From Octopus sinensis (Eukaryota), in NCBI RefSeq assembly GCF_006345805.1, contig NW_021834115.1, positions 1 through 26,568 of the forward strand: a stretch of DNA of 26,568 nucleotides. Reading direction: 5' to 3'. Position numbers and translations under genes: made by a program. How positions within the stretch are numbered: position 1 is the stretch's first letter; each line of letters starts with the position of its first letter. Under the pieces are notes generated by a model, which saw nothing but the letters and a program-made list of their open reading frames with translations, did not search any database and was not told where the DNA came from. Shown here in pieces: positions 11,521 through 21,567 of this stretch.

Positions 11521-11829
11521 TGTATGTATGGCGTGCTTATGTGAAACACAGACGAGACAAGTATGTGTAAGGCTTGGAAAGTGTAGGTTTTGTTTCTATA
11601 GTCTTATTACTATATGTGTGCATATAAATGCAAGTGGTAGATGGTGTTGGTGGTGGTGGTATGTGTGTGTGTGGTGAGGAGGTGAAGTGGAAAAGTAGAG
11701 GTTTAGTGAAGAGGAGTTGGGAATTTAGACCGTTGGGACCCGAATTCTGGAGCGAAAAATTTAATTGCCTCTCCAGACGGAGATGGACGTCAAGGAAAGC
11801 CCCTATGCGAAGCCCGTATATTTAAAGCA

Positions 11830-12015
11830 GCAAGCAGGTAGAATCGTTAGTACGTCTGGCGAAATGCTTTGCGGCATTTCTTCCAGCATTACCTTCTGAT
11901 TTCAAATTCCGCCGAAGTCGACTTTACTTTTAATCCTTCAAGTGTCAATAAAATAAAGTATCTGTTGCGACTTGACTCCACTCCAAAATTTGAAGCTTTG
12001 TGTCAACAGTAGAAA
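11830..12015 (+). mobile_element. Short SINE, family B, diverged
   Basis: GCAGGTAGAATCGTTAG...TTCTGATTTCAAATTCCGCCGAAGTCGACTTT...AATAAAATAAAGTA. Homologous to copies at 12478, 18491, 18910 and 24650. Confidence 0.75.
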
Positions 12016-12052
12016 GTAAGTACATAAATACAATATATCTTTTTATAAGAGA

Positions 12053-12449
12053 CTAGCAGTATCGCCCGGCGTTGCTCGGGTTTGTAAGGGAAATAACTAT
12101 ATAAGCATTTTTAGAGATGTAAAGTATAATAGCCATCTCAATATGGCTAACCACAAAGGGGGGAGTGTTACTGTAGCTTTTTACGTTCTGAGATTTAATA
12201 ATACATTTTTAGAGAGTTACTTCCGTTATATAATAGCAAAAAAATGCATTAAAAATGGGAAAAAATGATGGTAAATTTTTTTTTAAATCGTAGACTCATC
12301 GTAGACGCGTGCTAAAGCCCAGAAGGGCTCGATATGAATCACGACTATAAGATACCCTCTTTTGGTTACACTGCACCGCAAAATGTGGGAGTAGTTAGGA
12401 ATCTAAATCGTAGGAGACAGACACACAACTTGACTTTTATATATAAAGA
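12053..12449 (-). mobile_element. Complete non-autonomous Helitron (397 bp)
   Basis: On the minus strand it starts 5'-TC (12449) after host A (12450) and ends CTAG-3' (12056-12053) before host T (12052). The hairpin CCCG(A)GC-AAC-GC-CGGG lies 8 nt upstream of CTAG, and there is no target-site duplication. Confidence 0.9.
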
Positions 12450-12477
12450 TATATTGACAAAGATATTTTTATACATA

Positions 12478-12675
12478 TATTGATTTCAAATTTTGGCACC
12501 GGGCCAGAAACTCCGCGGGAGGGGTTAAGTCGATTACATTCACACCAGTGCTCAACTGGTACTTATCTTATCAATCCCGAAAGGATGGAAGGTTAAGTAG
12601 AATCTGAACTCAGAACGTGAAATCGGACGAAATGCCGTTAGGCATTTTGCTAACGATTCTACCAGCTCGCTACCT
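12478..12675 (-). mobile_element. Short SINE, family B
   Basis: Reverse-complement homologue of the 18910-19128 copy (AGTCGATTAC...ACTGGTACTT...GAACTCAGAACGT...GCTAACGATTCTACCAGCTCG). Confidence 0.75.
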
Positions 12676-12680
12676 TATTT

Positions 12681-12711
<31 letters not shown>

Positions 12712-12713
<2 letters not shown>

Positions 12714-13194
12714 CTCTTTTCGCTTTACTTACTCGTTTACTCTTTTGCTTGTCTTAGTCATGTGACTGTGGCCATGCTGGAGCACCGCCCTTTATTCGAT
12801 CAAATCGACCCCAGTACTTATTCTTTGTAAGCCTAGTACTTATTTTATCGGTCTCTTTTTTTGCCGAACCGCTAAGTTACGGGGACGTAAACACACTAGC
12901 ATCGGTTGTCAACGATGTTGGGGGGACAAACACAGACACACAAACACGCACATACATATTATATATATATAGATATATATATATATTATATATATCTATA
13001 TATATATATATATATTATATATACATATATATGACGGGCTATTCTTTCAGTTTCCGTCTACCAAATCTACTCAGAAGGCTTGGTCGGCCCGAGCTATAGT
13101 AGAAGACACTTACCCAGGTGCCACGCAGTGGGACTGAACCCGGAACCATGTGGTTCGTAAGCAAGCTACTTACCACACAGCCACTCCTACGCCT
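12712..13194 (-). mobile_element. tRNA-derived SINE, family A, full length
   Basis: The minus-strand head AGGCGTAGGAGTGGCTGTGTGGTAAG...GGTTCAGTCCC is visible, along with an internal (TA)n expansion and a GTAAAAGA-type tail. Confidence 0.92.
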
Positions 13195-14075
13195 ATTACA
13201 ATATTACAATGATATTGCACAAAATTCACTGTAAGGCTCTCTCTTTCTCTCTCTCTCTCACACACACACAGTCTCACACACATGAACATATATAATGTAC
13301 ATATATACACAAACACGTGTATATTTATTTTAACACGCTCTTCCTGTATACCAGAAAGGCATTCGGTGTGGGATTTTATTTCGTTCGAAAAGATTTTCTC
13401 TATTAGACATTGTGTGGATAAAAACCACGTCGAGCCGAACCATAAATGTTCGTCATTGCTTCGTATGGTCATACCAAACTTGTGTGTGTGTGTGCCTGTG
13501 TGTGTATGTGTGTGTGTGTATGTGGGGGTGTGTTGCAATTTCTCTTCATTGCGAAGCAAGTGTAAAACTGAAAAAATTAAATTGAATTAGTTAAACGAAT
13601 TTTATTGTTGACATGTGCTGGTACACATCCAAGTTTATCCATTGTTCGCTGGCGTTTCGTTTCGTCGGGTCTCGTTTCGTTTGGTAATTGCATTTATATA
13701 ATCTTGTTATGCTCAAAACAGCAGTGTGCGAGGGTGTATGTAGGTGTGTGCGTGAGTATGTGCGTTGAATGTGTGTGTCTAAGTGTGAATAAATATATTC
13801 TCATTAATACAGATTCAAATCTTTCTGTAAAACAACAGAAATCACGAGTTGCTTCTGCCGAAAAGCCAACATGTCTCTACATTCTATAATGGCATAAATT
13901 AGAATAAGCGTTGACTTGGCTGTTGCACAGTCACGCACGGACAGACAGCTAGAGAGATGGACGTTAGCAAACGCGCATAATTGACATATGTGCTATGGTA
14001 AAGAGAAGCAGGCACGCTACGCACCCCGCCCCACCACCACCACACACACGTATGCACTAAAGCGCATATATATGC

Positions 14076-14118
<43 letters not shown>

Positions 14119-14129
14119 AGGGAGAATAC

Positions 14130-14410
14130 TAGATCTCATTTGTATTTTTGGATTCGCTAGTACTGGTGGTCTGGCGTGGTTTGTCCGGTGTTACCAATAT
14201 CGGACGGGTATGTTTGATCTTAGTACTTTCAAATCTAAATCAGAAGAATCTCTGAGCTGATGAAGGAAATGTTGGCGTTTAATAAATCAACTAATCCAGA
14301 CAGGCTTGTCCTCGGGTATCTCATATGGATGTGATATTCGTTTGTTTTTTTCCCTTATTACCTATGTGAGTTATTTCTGAGTATGCATTGTCTGGGAGAC
14401 TTTTCTTGCA
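14130..14410 (+). mobile_element. Penelope-like pseudo-LTR remnant adjacent to (TA)n
   Basis: Begins just after a (TG)n(TA)n tract and contains a damaged hammerhead fold. Boundaries are approximate. Confidence 0.45.
14251..14316 (+). ncRNA. Type I hammerhead fold with damaged core (GAAA reduced to GA)
   Basis: Stem I is TCTGAG:CTCGGG, followed by CTGATGA. Stem II is GGA:TCC plus GTTG:CAAC. Then GA-CAG/GC/TTG-TC gives a GUC triplet. Confidence 0.5.
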
Positions 14411-14502
14411 GTAGAAGAAATAACCAAATTTTTGGCTGCTATTTCTAAAAGCTCGGTGTGTGGTAAAGTAAATTATTTTACTTTACCCTATTTTATAAAG
14501 TA

Positions 14503-14537
<35 letters not shown>

Positions 14538-14554
14538 ATATATTATTTCAATAT

Positions 14555-15014
14555 GGAGCAAATAATTCACGAAAAAATGAATTGCGAAAGAGATCATTGA
14601 CTCTATTATTATCTAGTGTCACAATTTAAAAATGACAATAACAGAATCAATAAGTATGGGCGATTACAGGAAGCTGCTGAGGAAACCGTGGCTATTTTTT
14701 GCCAGTGCAGAAACCGGTCCACGTGAGTCCAAATACTAAAATTTACGTTGGTAGATTGTCTTAGCCCGTTTGCGTTCGGACGGGCGATTTAAATAAGAGT
14801 TTTGACTGTTATTTCCAGCTGGTAGACATACTTAGTATGTCCTTTGATTAATTTTAATCCTTCAGCTATTTAATGCTTCGTTTGATTCTGCAATCGCCTA
14901 TATCATTGATTCTGTTATTATTTTTAAATTGTTACACTAGATAATAACAGAGTCAATGGTGTCTTCACAAATTATTTTTTCGTGAATTATTTTTTCTCGT
15001 GAATTATTTACTCC
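14555..15014. mobile_element. Foldback element, ~115-125-bp inverted arms
   Basis: 14555-14669 matches the reverse complement of 14888-15014. The right arm has a duplicated TTTTTTCGTGAATTA-like unit. The element starts next to (TA)n. Confidence 0.8.
14675..14721 (+). ncRNA. Degenerate minimal hammerhead-like motif in a foldback spacer
   Basis: TG-CTGAGGA-AACCG-TGGC/TATTTTTT/GCCA-GTGCA-GAAA-CCG-GTC-CA. The core is intact, stem III is the ACCGGT palindrome and the triplet is GUC, but stem I is only 2 bp. Confidence 0.4.
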
Positions 15015-15133
15015 GAATTTTTACTCCCTGCCTTCACTTAGCGGTCATTCAAATAGCTCTTTTATCTTAATAAGCGGTCAATCACGCAGTAATTTCCCTT
15101 TGTATAACGGTCATTTTCATAGCATTTTTCCGA

Positions 15134-15207
15134 TGGCCGGATAACTGAAGAGATGGCGGTGTGGTTTTCCACCTCGGTATCCGAAACTCGGAGTTTTATC
15201 TTGGCTA
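15134..15207 (+). ncRNA. Type I hammerhead ribozyme with intact core
   Basis: CTGAAGA at 15145-15151 and GAAA at 15183-15186. Stem I is 11 bp with one bulge. The extended stem II is capped by GTGG-TTTT-CCAC. Stem III is the near-palindrome AACTC-G-GAGTT, with a GUU triplet at 15193-15195. Confidence 0.75.
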
Positions 15208-16192
15208 CCGAATAATTGTCACATATTACATTTACAGATAAATTCCTCTATTTACATAATATCGAGGTCTCTTTTATTCTTTTGTTGTCTTACCATTTTT
15301 ATCAATATATATATTCGAGATACAGGAACTTCTTAAAAAGTACCATAATTTATTTAATTCTTTATGTTTGCTATGGAATAATATCTTGTTTTAAATGGTA
15401 GGGTGTAATATAAAAGATTTCACTATTATTCATACTAAGGTGGATGACTTTAAGAGATTTCATTGCTAATTGATAACAATGTGTAGTTGTGGCTAATTTA
15501 GGATTGGTTATTGTCAGGTACGGTTTCTGTTGTAATAAGTATAGTCTACATGTGCTTTGCACTAAGTCCTTTTTAAAAGGCCATTTAGTGAAATGGATTA
15601 CAAAAGATTAAGAAGCCTTGATACAGATACTTATGGTCGGCTCTGGAACTCATCGTTGGTCCTCGTGTGTTTTAAAGAATATTTCTACTGCGATTTAAGC
15701 TATGGATGACCAGAATTTTTACTGCTTTAGCTTTCTCGCAAACACTATGCAACGGTGGCGACGAGATACTTTCCACAGAACCGCCTGTTTGTCATTCCTT
15801 ATTCTGTCGGTAATAAAGATAAAAAGAGCAACAGAAAGTGCTCTATATGTAAAAAGAGAAGTTAATCTACGATTAACTAGGACCTTATCTACGGGGATAT
15901 TTATCTCTCTTAGTATTGCTTAGTCAATACATCTCACTCACTCACCCGCTTAGTAAAAAGAAGTTTGGTCGCATTTTCTTTAGAAGTCTTGTGATAGGAT
16001 TAACATCCCGTAATAGGATTACTTAAATCGATATGATTAACACAGAAAGCATTTGTTTGGATTAAATATACAGTTCAAGTTTACTAATCTGAGATCTGGA
16101 GGAACCAATATCCTAGTTTTCTATATCTGTGTTAGCAAGAGATAAACTACCAAACCTCTCAGAGCCGAATCAGAAATGCGGGTTCGATTCTT

Positions 16193-16484
16193 CTTTTATC
16201 TTTTATTTTTTGCTGGTTTCAGTCATTTGACTGCGGCCATGCTAGGGCACCGCCTTGAAGGGTTTTAGTCGAACAAATCGACCTTCGGATATTATATTTT
16301 TTAAGCCTAATACTTATTCTATCGGTCACTTTTGCCGAAACGCTACGTAACGAGGACGTAAACACTGCACCACGAGTTGTCAAGCGGTGCTGATGGACAA
16401 ACACAGACACAGAGATACAGATACACAGATATATATGTACATATATTTATACGACGGGCATCTTTCAATTTTCGTCTACCTAAT
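16193..16484 (-). mobile_element. tRNA-derived SINE, family A, 5'-truncated
   Basis: Same 3' half as the other family A copies. No tRNA-like head is present. Confidence 0.88.
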
Positions 16485-18016
16485 TCTTCTCCTTGATTGA
16501 AGAAATTTTGCTATCTTGTGGTTGGTAAAATTGCGCAGTTAAAATGGTAGAAAATAATTTGTATTTGTTTTCTCCTTCGTGTAATTGCGTTAATTTCTGT
16601 TTTGTCTTTGAGGGGTAGAGTAGGGGTTTCTTTAAGAAAAATCTAACTTGAACTCGATTTAAGCAGAAATAAAAGTAATTCTTTTTTGAAACGGTGGCCC
16701 CCGAAGATGTTTAGTCACGGCTTTATCAGCTTCGATAGCTACCATACCACAAAAGAATTATTTCCTGTTTACTCGAAGTTCGTAAATTCTTATGACGTCA
16801 ACAACTAAAAAAACCCTCCAGAAATATAAGAATATAAAAGATTATATCCCCAAACCGTTAGATGTTGTGTTCCTTTGATACAACAACAACACAATAATAA
16901 TAATGATATTAATAATAGACAATAAGAAGAGCCTGGTACGATTTGTAATACATTATTTATTTAACGGTTTGAACAGTATTTCGACAGATCGTCTGCCTTC
17001 TTCAAGTTCAAAATATAAAATGAAAACAACTGCAGAAACAAAAATTCAAAATATAAACGAGGAAACCTTGCGTTCCTATTTTGATAGAATGACATCATCA
17101 GTTTTCAGTTTTGTAGCTGGTAAAAGGAAAAAGAAAGAAAAAAAAAATGAAAATTTATTGGCACAGGTATGGCGTTAGGCAAAATAGCAGTAGTTCGGCA
17201 GAACTTGCCGAACATTTTACATCAAACGGTTGCAATTTTGAGGAACACCTGAAAACACTTTTCTTATTGGTCTATCTACCTTCGGGAAGGGTTACGTCAA
17301 TCATTATAAAATATAATAATACCACGACCATCACCATCGCATACCCCGCTAGGTGCCTTTAACGGTGTCGACTTTTACAGACATTCAGACCAAGTTACTA
17401 GGTTGAAGATAACATTCGCCCTTCTTTCAATGTTTCAAAAATGCCTCGATAAGGTATAAGGTGAAGGATGTGAAGGTGGGGTGATGGGAAATCATGTTGT
17501 TTGCACTTCCTGCTTTAACCGAGTCATTTAAAAAAACAAACCAGCTTAATGGAATCTTCGTAAAACAATCATAATTCAATCTGTTAGTTTAAATCGCGTG
17601 GAGATTGATGTAAACATTAACGGAATACCAACACAAGTGTGCCCATCCCTACCGACTGTGTTTCCTCATAACTTTCTGAAATTTCATAGCTCAATGAAAT
17701 TTTCTACCTTTCAGAGGGTATAAATTTCAGTTTATATCGGAAACATTTTTCGCAGGCAGTGGTAGTTGGGTTAAAAATAAAGTTTCAGATAATTCACGCG
17801 AATCTAATTTGTTTCTTCACAACTTTAAGAAAAATGGTTATTTTTTAATGTAAGTTTCTACAAATACATTTTCGATGAAGTAGATTACGATTATAATGGA
17901 ATTTAATGTGAAAAGAAAAAATCGGCGAGCGCGCATACATACATTATTATACACATCACATATTTTTTCAAAATTTTAAGTTTCATTTTGTATATATATT
18001 TGTGTGTCTATGTGTA

Positions 18017-18362
18017 CGTGGGGTATAATAAGGCTCCTGGACTGGTTATGTTTAATACAAAATGACTTATTTATGTAAGTTTTAACATTATCTCCTTCGA
18101 AATTCTCACATTGTGCAAAAATACGCCGGTCCCAGTATTTCTGCCACCTATAGAATCTGGCCTGGAAGTCGTTTTCCGTAAGTGGGTCTAGGACCTTCTG
18201 CGGTTCGCTATGGGTCTCGACAACGGTATTAAAACGGCGACCTTTGAGTTGCATATTCATATGGGGGAAGAGATGGAAGTTCACGGGTGCTAAATCTGAC
18301 GAATAGGCTGGGTGCGGAAGCGATACCCTGTTGGTTTGGCAAGAAACTCACGAGAAGACAGA
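18017..18362 (-). mobile_element. Mariner transposase C-terminal remnant with right TIR
   Basis: The minus strand encodes REFLAK..VSLPHPAYSSDLAPVNFHLFPHMNMQLKGRRFNTVVE..QKVLDPLTENDFQ..WQKYWDRRI..FEGD, a decayed YSPDLAPxD motif with the third Asp changed to Asn. The terminus abuts TA at 18015-18016. Confidence 0.92.
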
Positions 18363-18490
18363 CCAAGCCTTTCTTTTGCTGAGCTAAAATCTCATTTGCG
18401 AACCCATGGAAAACGAACCTCCACCAGCAATTCCGGGAAAGGGTGTGAGTCAAATACATTGATTCCAGTACCCAGTGTTCTAACGTTTCT

Positions 18491-18874
18491 TATTTCTTTA
18501 TTGCCCACAAGGGGCTAAACATAGAGGGGACAAACAAGGACAGACAAAGGGATTCAGTCGATTACTTCGACCCCGGTGCAAGTATGAAAGGCAAAGTCGA
18601 CCTCGGCGGAATTTGAACTCAGAACGTAACGTCAGACGAAATACCTATTTCTTTACTAACCACAAGGGGCTAAACACAGAGAGGACAAACAAGGACAGAC
18701 AAACGGATTAAGTCGATTATATCGATCGCAGTGCGTAACTGGTACTTATTTAATCGACCCTGAAAGGATAAAAGGCAAAGTCGACATCGGCGGAATTTGA
18801 ACTCAGAACGTAGCGGCAGACGAAATACCGCTCAGCATTTAGCCTGGCGCGCTAACGTTTCTGCCAGATCGCCG
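18491..18874 (-). mobile_element. Family B SINE as a tandem dimer
   Basis: Units at 18491-18645 and 18646-18874 both begin TATTTCTTTA..CCACAAGGGGCTAAAC on +. Only the right-hand unit has the head. Confidence 0.85.
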
Positions 18875-18909
18875 CGTAAGGTATGCCAACATTAGCCTCT
18901 GTATGAGAC

Positions 18910-19128
18910 GGTGAGCTGGCAGAATCGTTAACATGCCGGGCAAATTGCTTAACAGCATTTCGTCTGTTTTTATATTCTGAGTTCAAATTCCGCCGAGATC
19001 GACTTTGCCTTTCATTCTTTCGGGGTCGATGAAATAAATACTAGCTGAGCACTGGGATCGATGTAATTGACTTACCCTCTCCCTCACCGAAATTGCTGGT
19101 CTTCTGTCAAAATTTGAAACCAATATTA
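18910..19128 (+). mobile_element. Family B SINE, full length
   Basis: GGTGAGCTGGCAGAATCGTTA...CTGAGTTCAAATTCCGCCGAG...AAAATTTGAAACCAATATTA. Confidence 0.88.
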
Positions 19129-19427
19129 GCCACCATAGGGGAGAGGAAAGTATTCATTGTCAAAAACCAGATAGATTTGTACCCGTTTAGAAACAATGGT
19201 TTGTGTTAGAGGAAATCATTCTTTGACGGTAGCTAATTTTCATTGAAGAAAGCGCTCACACACACATACACGCATGCACATACACTAATATCCCATCATG
19301 GCAGTCGTAAGAGTCATACAAAGAGGAGAGGATATAAACATAGAAATTAAGAATTAAATTCCTAAGAAACTTTATCGTTTACTGCATAGAGATGAAATAT
19401 GTTTGTTTGCAGGCATGGCTTAAAAAT

Positions 19428-19733
19428 TATCTGCGGGGCGCAGTTAAGCGAAAGACCAACAAAACTCCTTGTAACACCAAAGATGATCTGAAGACGAGAA
19501 TTCTGGAAGCATTCATCAACATAATAAGGAGATCGTCCAGAAGAGTTGCTGGAGATTCCGAAGTCGTCTGGAGACTGTGATTGCAGCCAATGGCGATACT
19601 ATTGAATAAATTTACTCTTTAGTATTTCAACATATTTTTATGTAATTTTGGTAAATATATCTGTTAAAAATTTATGTAAGGGCTATATTCATTATATGCG
19701 TAATTTAGACGACAGTTTGTTCCCCGCAGCCTG
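19428..19733 (+). mobile_element. Tc1/mariner (maT/DD37D-like) transposase C-terminal remnant with right TIR
   Basis: With one frameshift it reads [59 protein letters not shown] (stop 19607-19609). It ends CAGTTTGTTCCCCGCAGCCTG followed by TA (19734-19735). The subfamily call is from recalled similarity. Confidence 0.85.
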
Positions 19734-19736
19734 TAA

Positions 19737-19739
<3 letters not shown>

Positions 19740-19769
<30 letters not shown>

Positions 19770-19867
19770 TGTATGTATGTATGTATGTATGTATGTATGT
19801 ATGTATGTATCTATCTATCTATCTATTTATCTTTCTCTTTCTCTCTCTTTCTTTCTCTCTCTTTCAT

Positions 19868-19948
<81 letters not shown>

Positions 19949-20000
19949 TGATGCAAAGAGGAAAAAAGAACTCAAAATATGAGTATATGTATATTTTTAT

Positions 20001-20056
<56 letters not shown>

Positions 20057-20079
20057 ATAAAAGATGCGTATGTGAATAC

Positions 20080-20110
<31 letters not shown>

Positions 20111-20140
20111 AATATATATACATAAATATATATATACACA
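19740..20140. repeat. (TATG)n, (TATC)n, (TC)n and (TA)n microsatellites
   Basis: Directly visible. Confidence 0.95.
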
Positions 20141-20278
20141 CATATATAACAAAGTCCGAGAGATTCGTGACTTGCACTTATCAAACTAATTGCCAACATA
20201 CGAAACTCTCGGACTTGAGTCACTCAGTTGCTTCTGCTATATGTAATATATATATATATATACATACATATATATATA

Positions 20279-20317
<39 letters not shown>

Positions 20318-20321
<4 letters not shown>

Positions 20322-21204
20322 ATGAATGTTTTTATATATAATGAACGTGAAATACAGGAAGGGACGAACACGGAACACAGACAAATCATTCGAAGCCTTC
20401 AATCTTCAGTCAGACACCGAATCATCATAGCAAATTTCGGCTGTTCAATTCTGATATTTGCTCCAACTCGGCCAGCCCCAAGAAAAAAACTAAGCTGTAA
20501 GCATTAGATTTCTTGGTAGAAGACAGGAATGTGAACGCACAAGACGATGTAATACAAGAGACGAAAACGAAATTGAAAACAGTAATGAATAACAAAATAT
20601 ATATACGGTGGTTGTCATACGACTTTAGACCAAATGAGACAGAAACAACAACAACATAGCAGCTGGCGTAGAAATAATTACCGTTTCGGTAGCGGGGACA
20701 CATGTTGGTCGAGATACGATGGCCAACAGAATGGTTAAGAAAGCAGGTTGCAGGAGAGAAGAGAAAGAGAGACAGAGAGAGAGGGAATCAAAGAGGGTGG
20801 AAGGCAGGGGACAGAATCATGACCAAGAGAAAAGGAGAAAGAAGGGATCAAGGAGAATGGGAGGAAGAGGGGAGGAGGATGGGAGGAAGAGGGGGGAAAA
20901 ATCGGAGGGCGCCAAAATAGTTTGGTGAAGAAGCAATGGCGGGTAGGAAGACAGTGTGTATAGACAGTGTGCAGGGTTTAAAATGGACAAACAAACGGGG
21001 GGGGGGGGTGCAACGTAACGCCGCAATAATATAAGAATGAATGTTTTTATATATAATGAACGTGAAATACAGGAAGGGACGAACACGGAACACAGACAAA
21101 TCATTCGAAGCCTTCAATCTTCAGTCAGACACCGAATCATCATAGCAAATTTCGGCTGTTCAATTCTGATATTTGCTCCAACTCGGCCAGCCCCAAGAAA
21201 AAAA
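20318..21204. mobile_element. 887-bp element bounded by 172-bp direct repeats, embedded in (TA)n
   Basis: 20318-20489 and 21033-21204 appear identical by eye (offset 715 bp). There are no TG...CA ends and no coding capacity. Confidence 0.8.
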
Positions 21205-21209
21205 AAAAA

Positions 21210-21341
21210 TATATATATATACATATATATATACACACATATGTATATGAAATATATATATCTATATATACATGTATATATATCATTATGCATATATATA
21301 TGTGTGTATATATGTATATCTATATGCGTATGTGAATATAT

Positions 21342-21378
<37 letters not shown>

Positions 21379-21432
21379 GTTGACATATGCATATATATAT
21401 ACATATATACACACATATATATACATACATTA

Positions 21433-21485
<53 letters not shown>

Positions 21486-21507
21486 TATATATATACATGA
21501 ATATATG

Positions 21508-21566
<59 letters not shown>
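21210..21566. repeat. Degenerate (TA)n tract
   Basis: Directly visible. Confidence 0.95.

Positions 21567-21567
<1 letters not shown>

Noticed and set aside
13170-13559. 129-aa minus-strand ORF with a protein-like middle (MTIRSNDEHLWFGSTW...)
   Set aside because: It starts and ends in microsatellite or SINE sequence, and I found no convincing splice sites or recognisable family.
14462-14487. Perfect 11-bp hairpin GGTAAAGTAAA-TTAT-TTTACTTTACC
   Set aside because: Short, AT-rich and without supporting context.
17381-17453. Possible 73-nt exon (TTTTACAG|...AAG|GTATAA; HSDQVTRLKITFALLSMFQKCLDK)
   Set aside because: Short pyrimidine tract, weak donor and no homology recognised. Compatible with chance.
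17480-17760. hAT-like terminus (TGCCCATCCCTA, 17640-17651) and MITE-like CATAACTTT...ATGAAATTTT motifs
   Set aside because: No convincing partner terminus or target-site duplication. Too decayed to call.
20380-20420. CTGAAGA-TTGAAGGCTTC-GAAT on the minus strand of the 172-bp repeat (also at ~21095-21135)
   Set aside because: GAAT replaces GAAA, and helices I and III cannot be formed consistently.
20318-21204. Classical LTR retrotransposon or TRIM call
   Set aside because: No TG...CA termini, and no identifiable primer-binding site or 4-6-bp target-site duplication.
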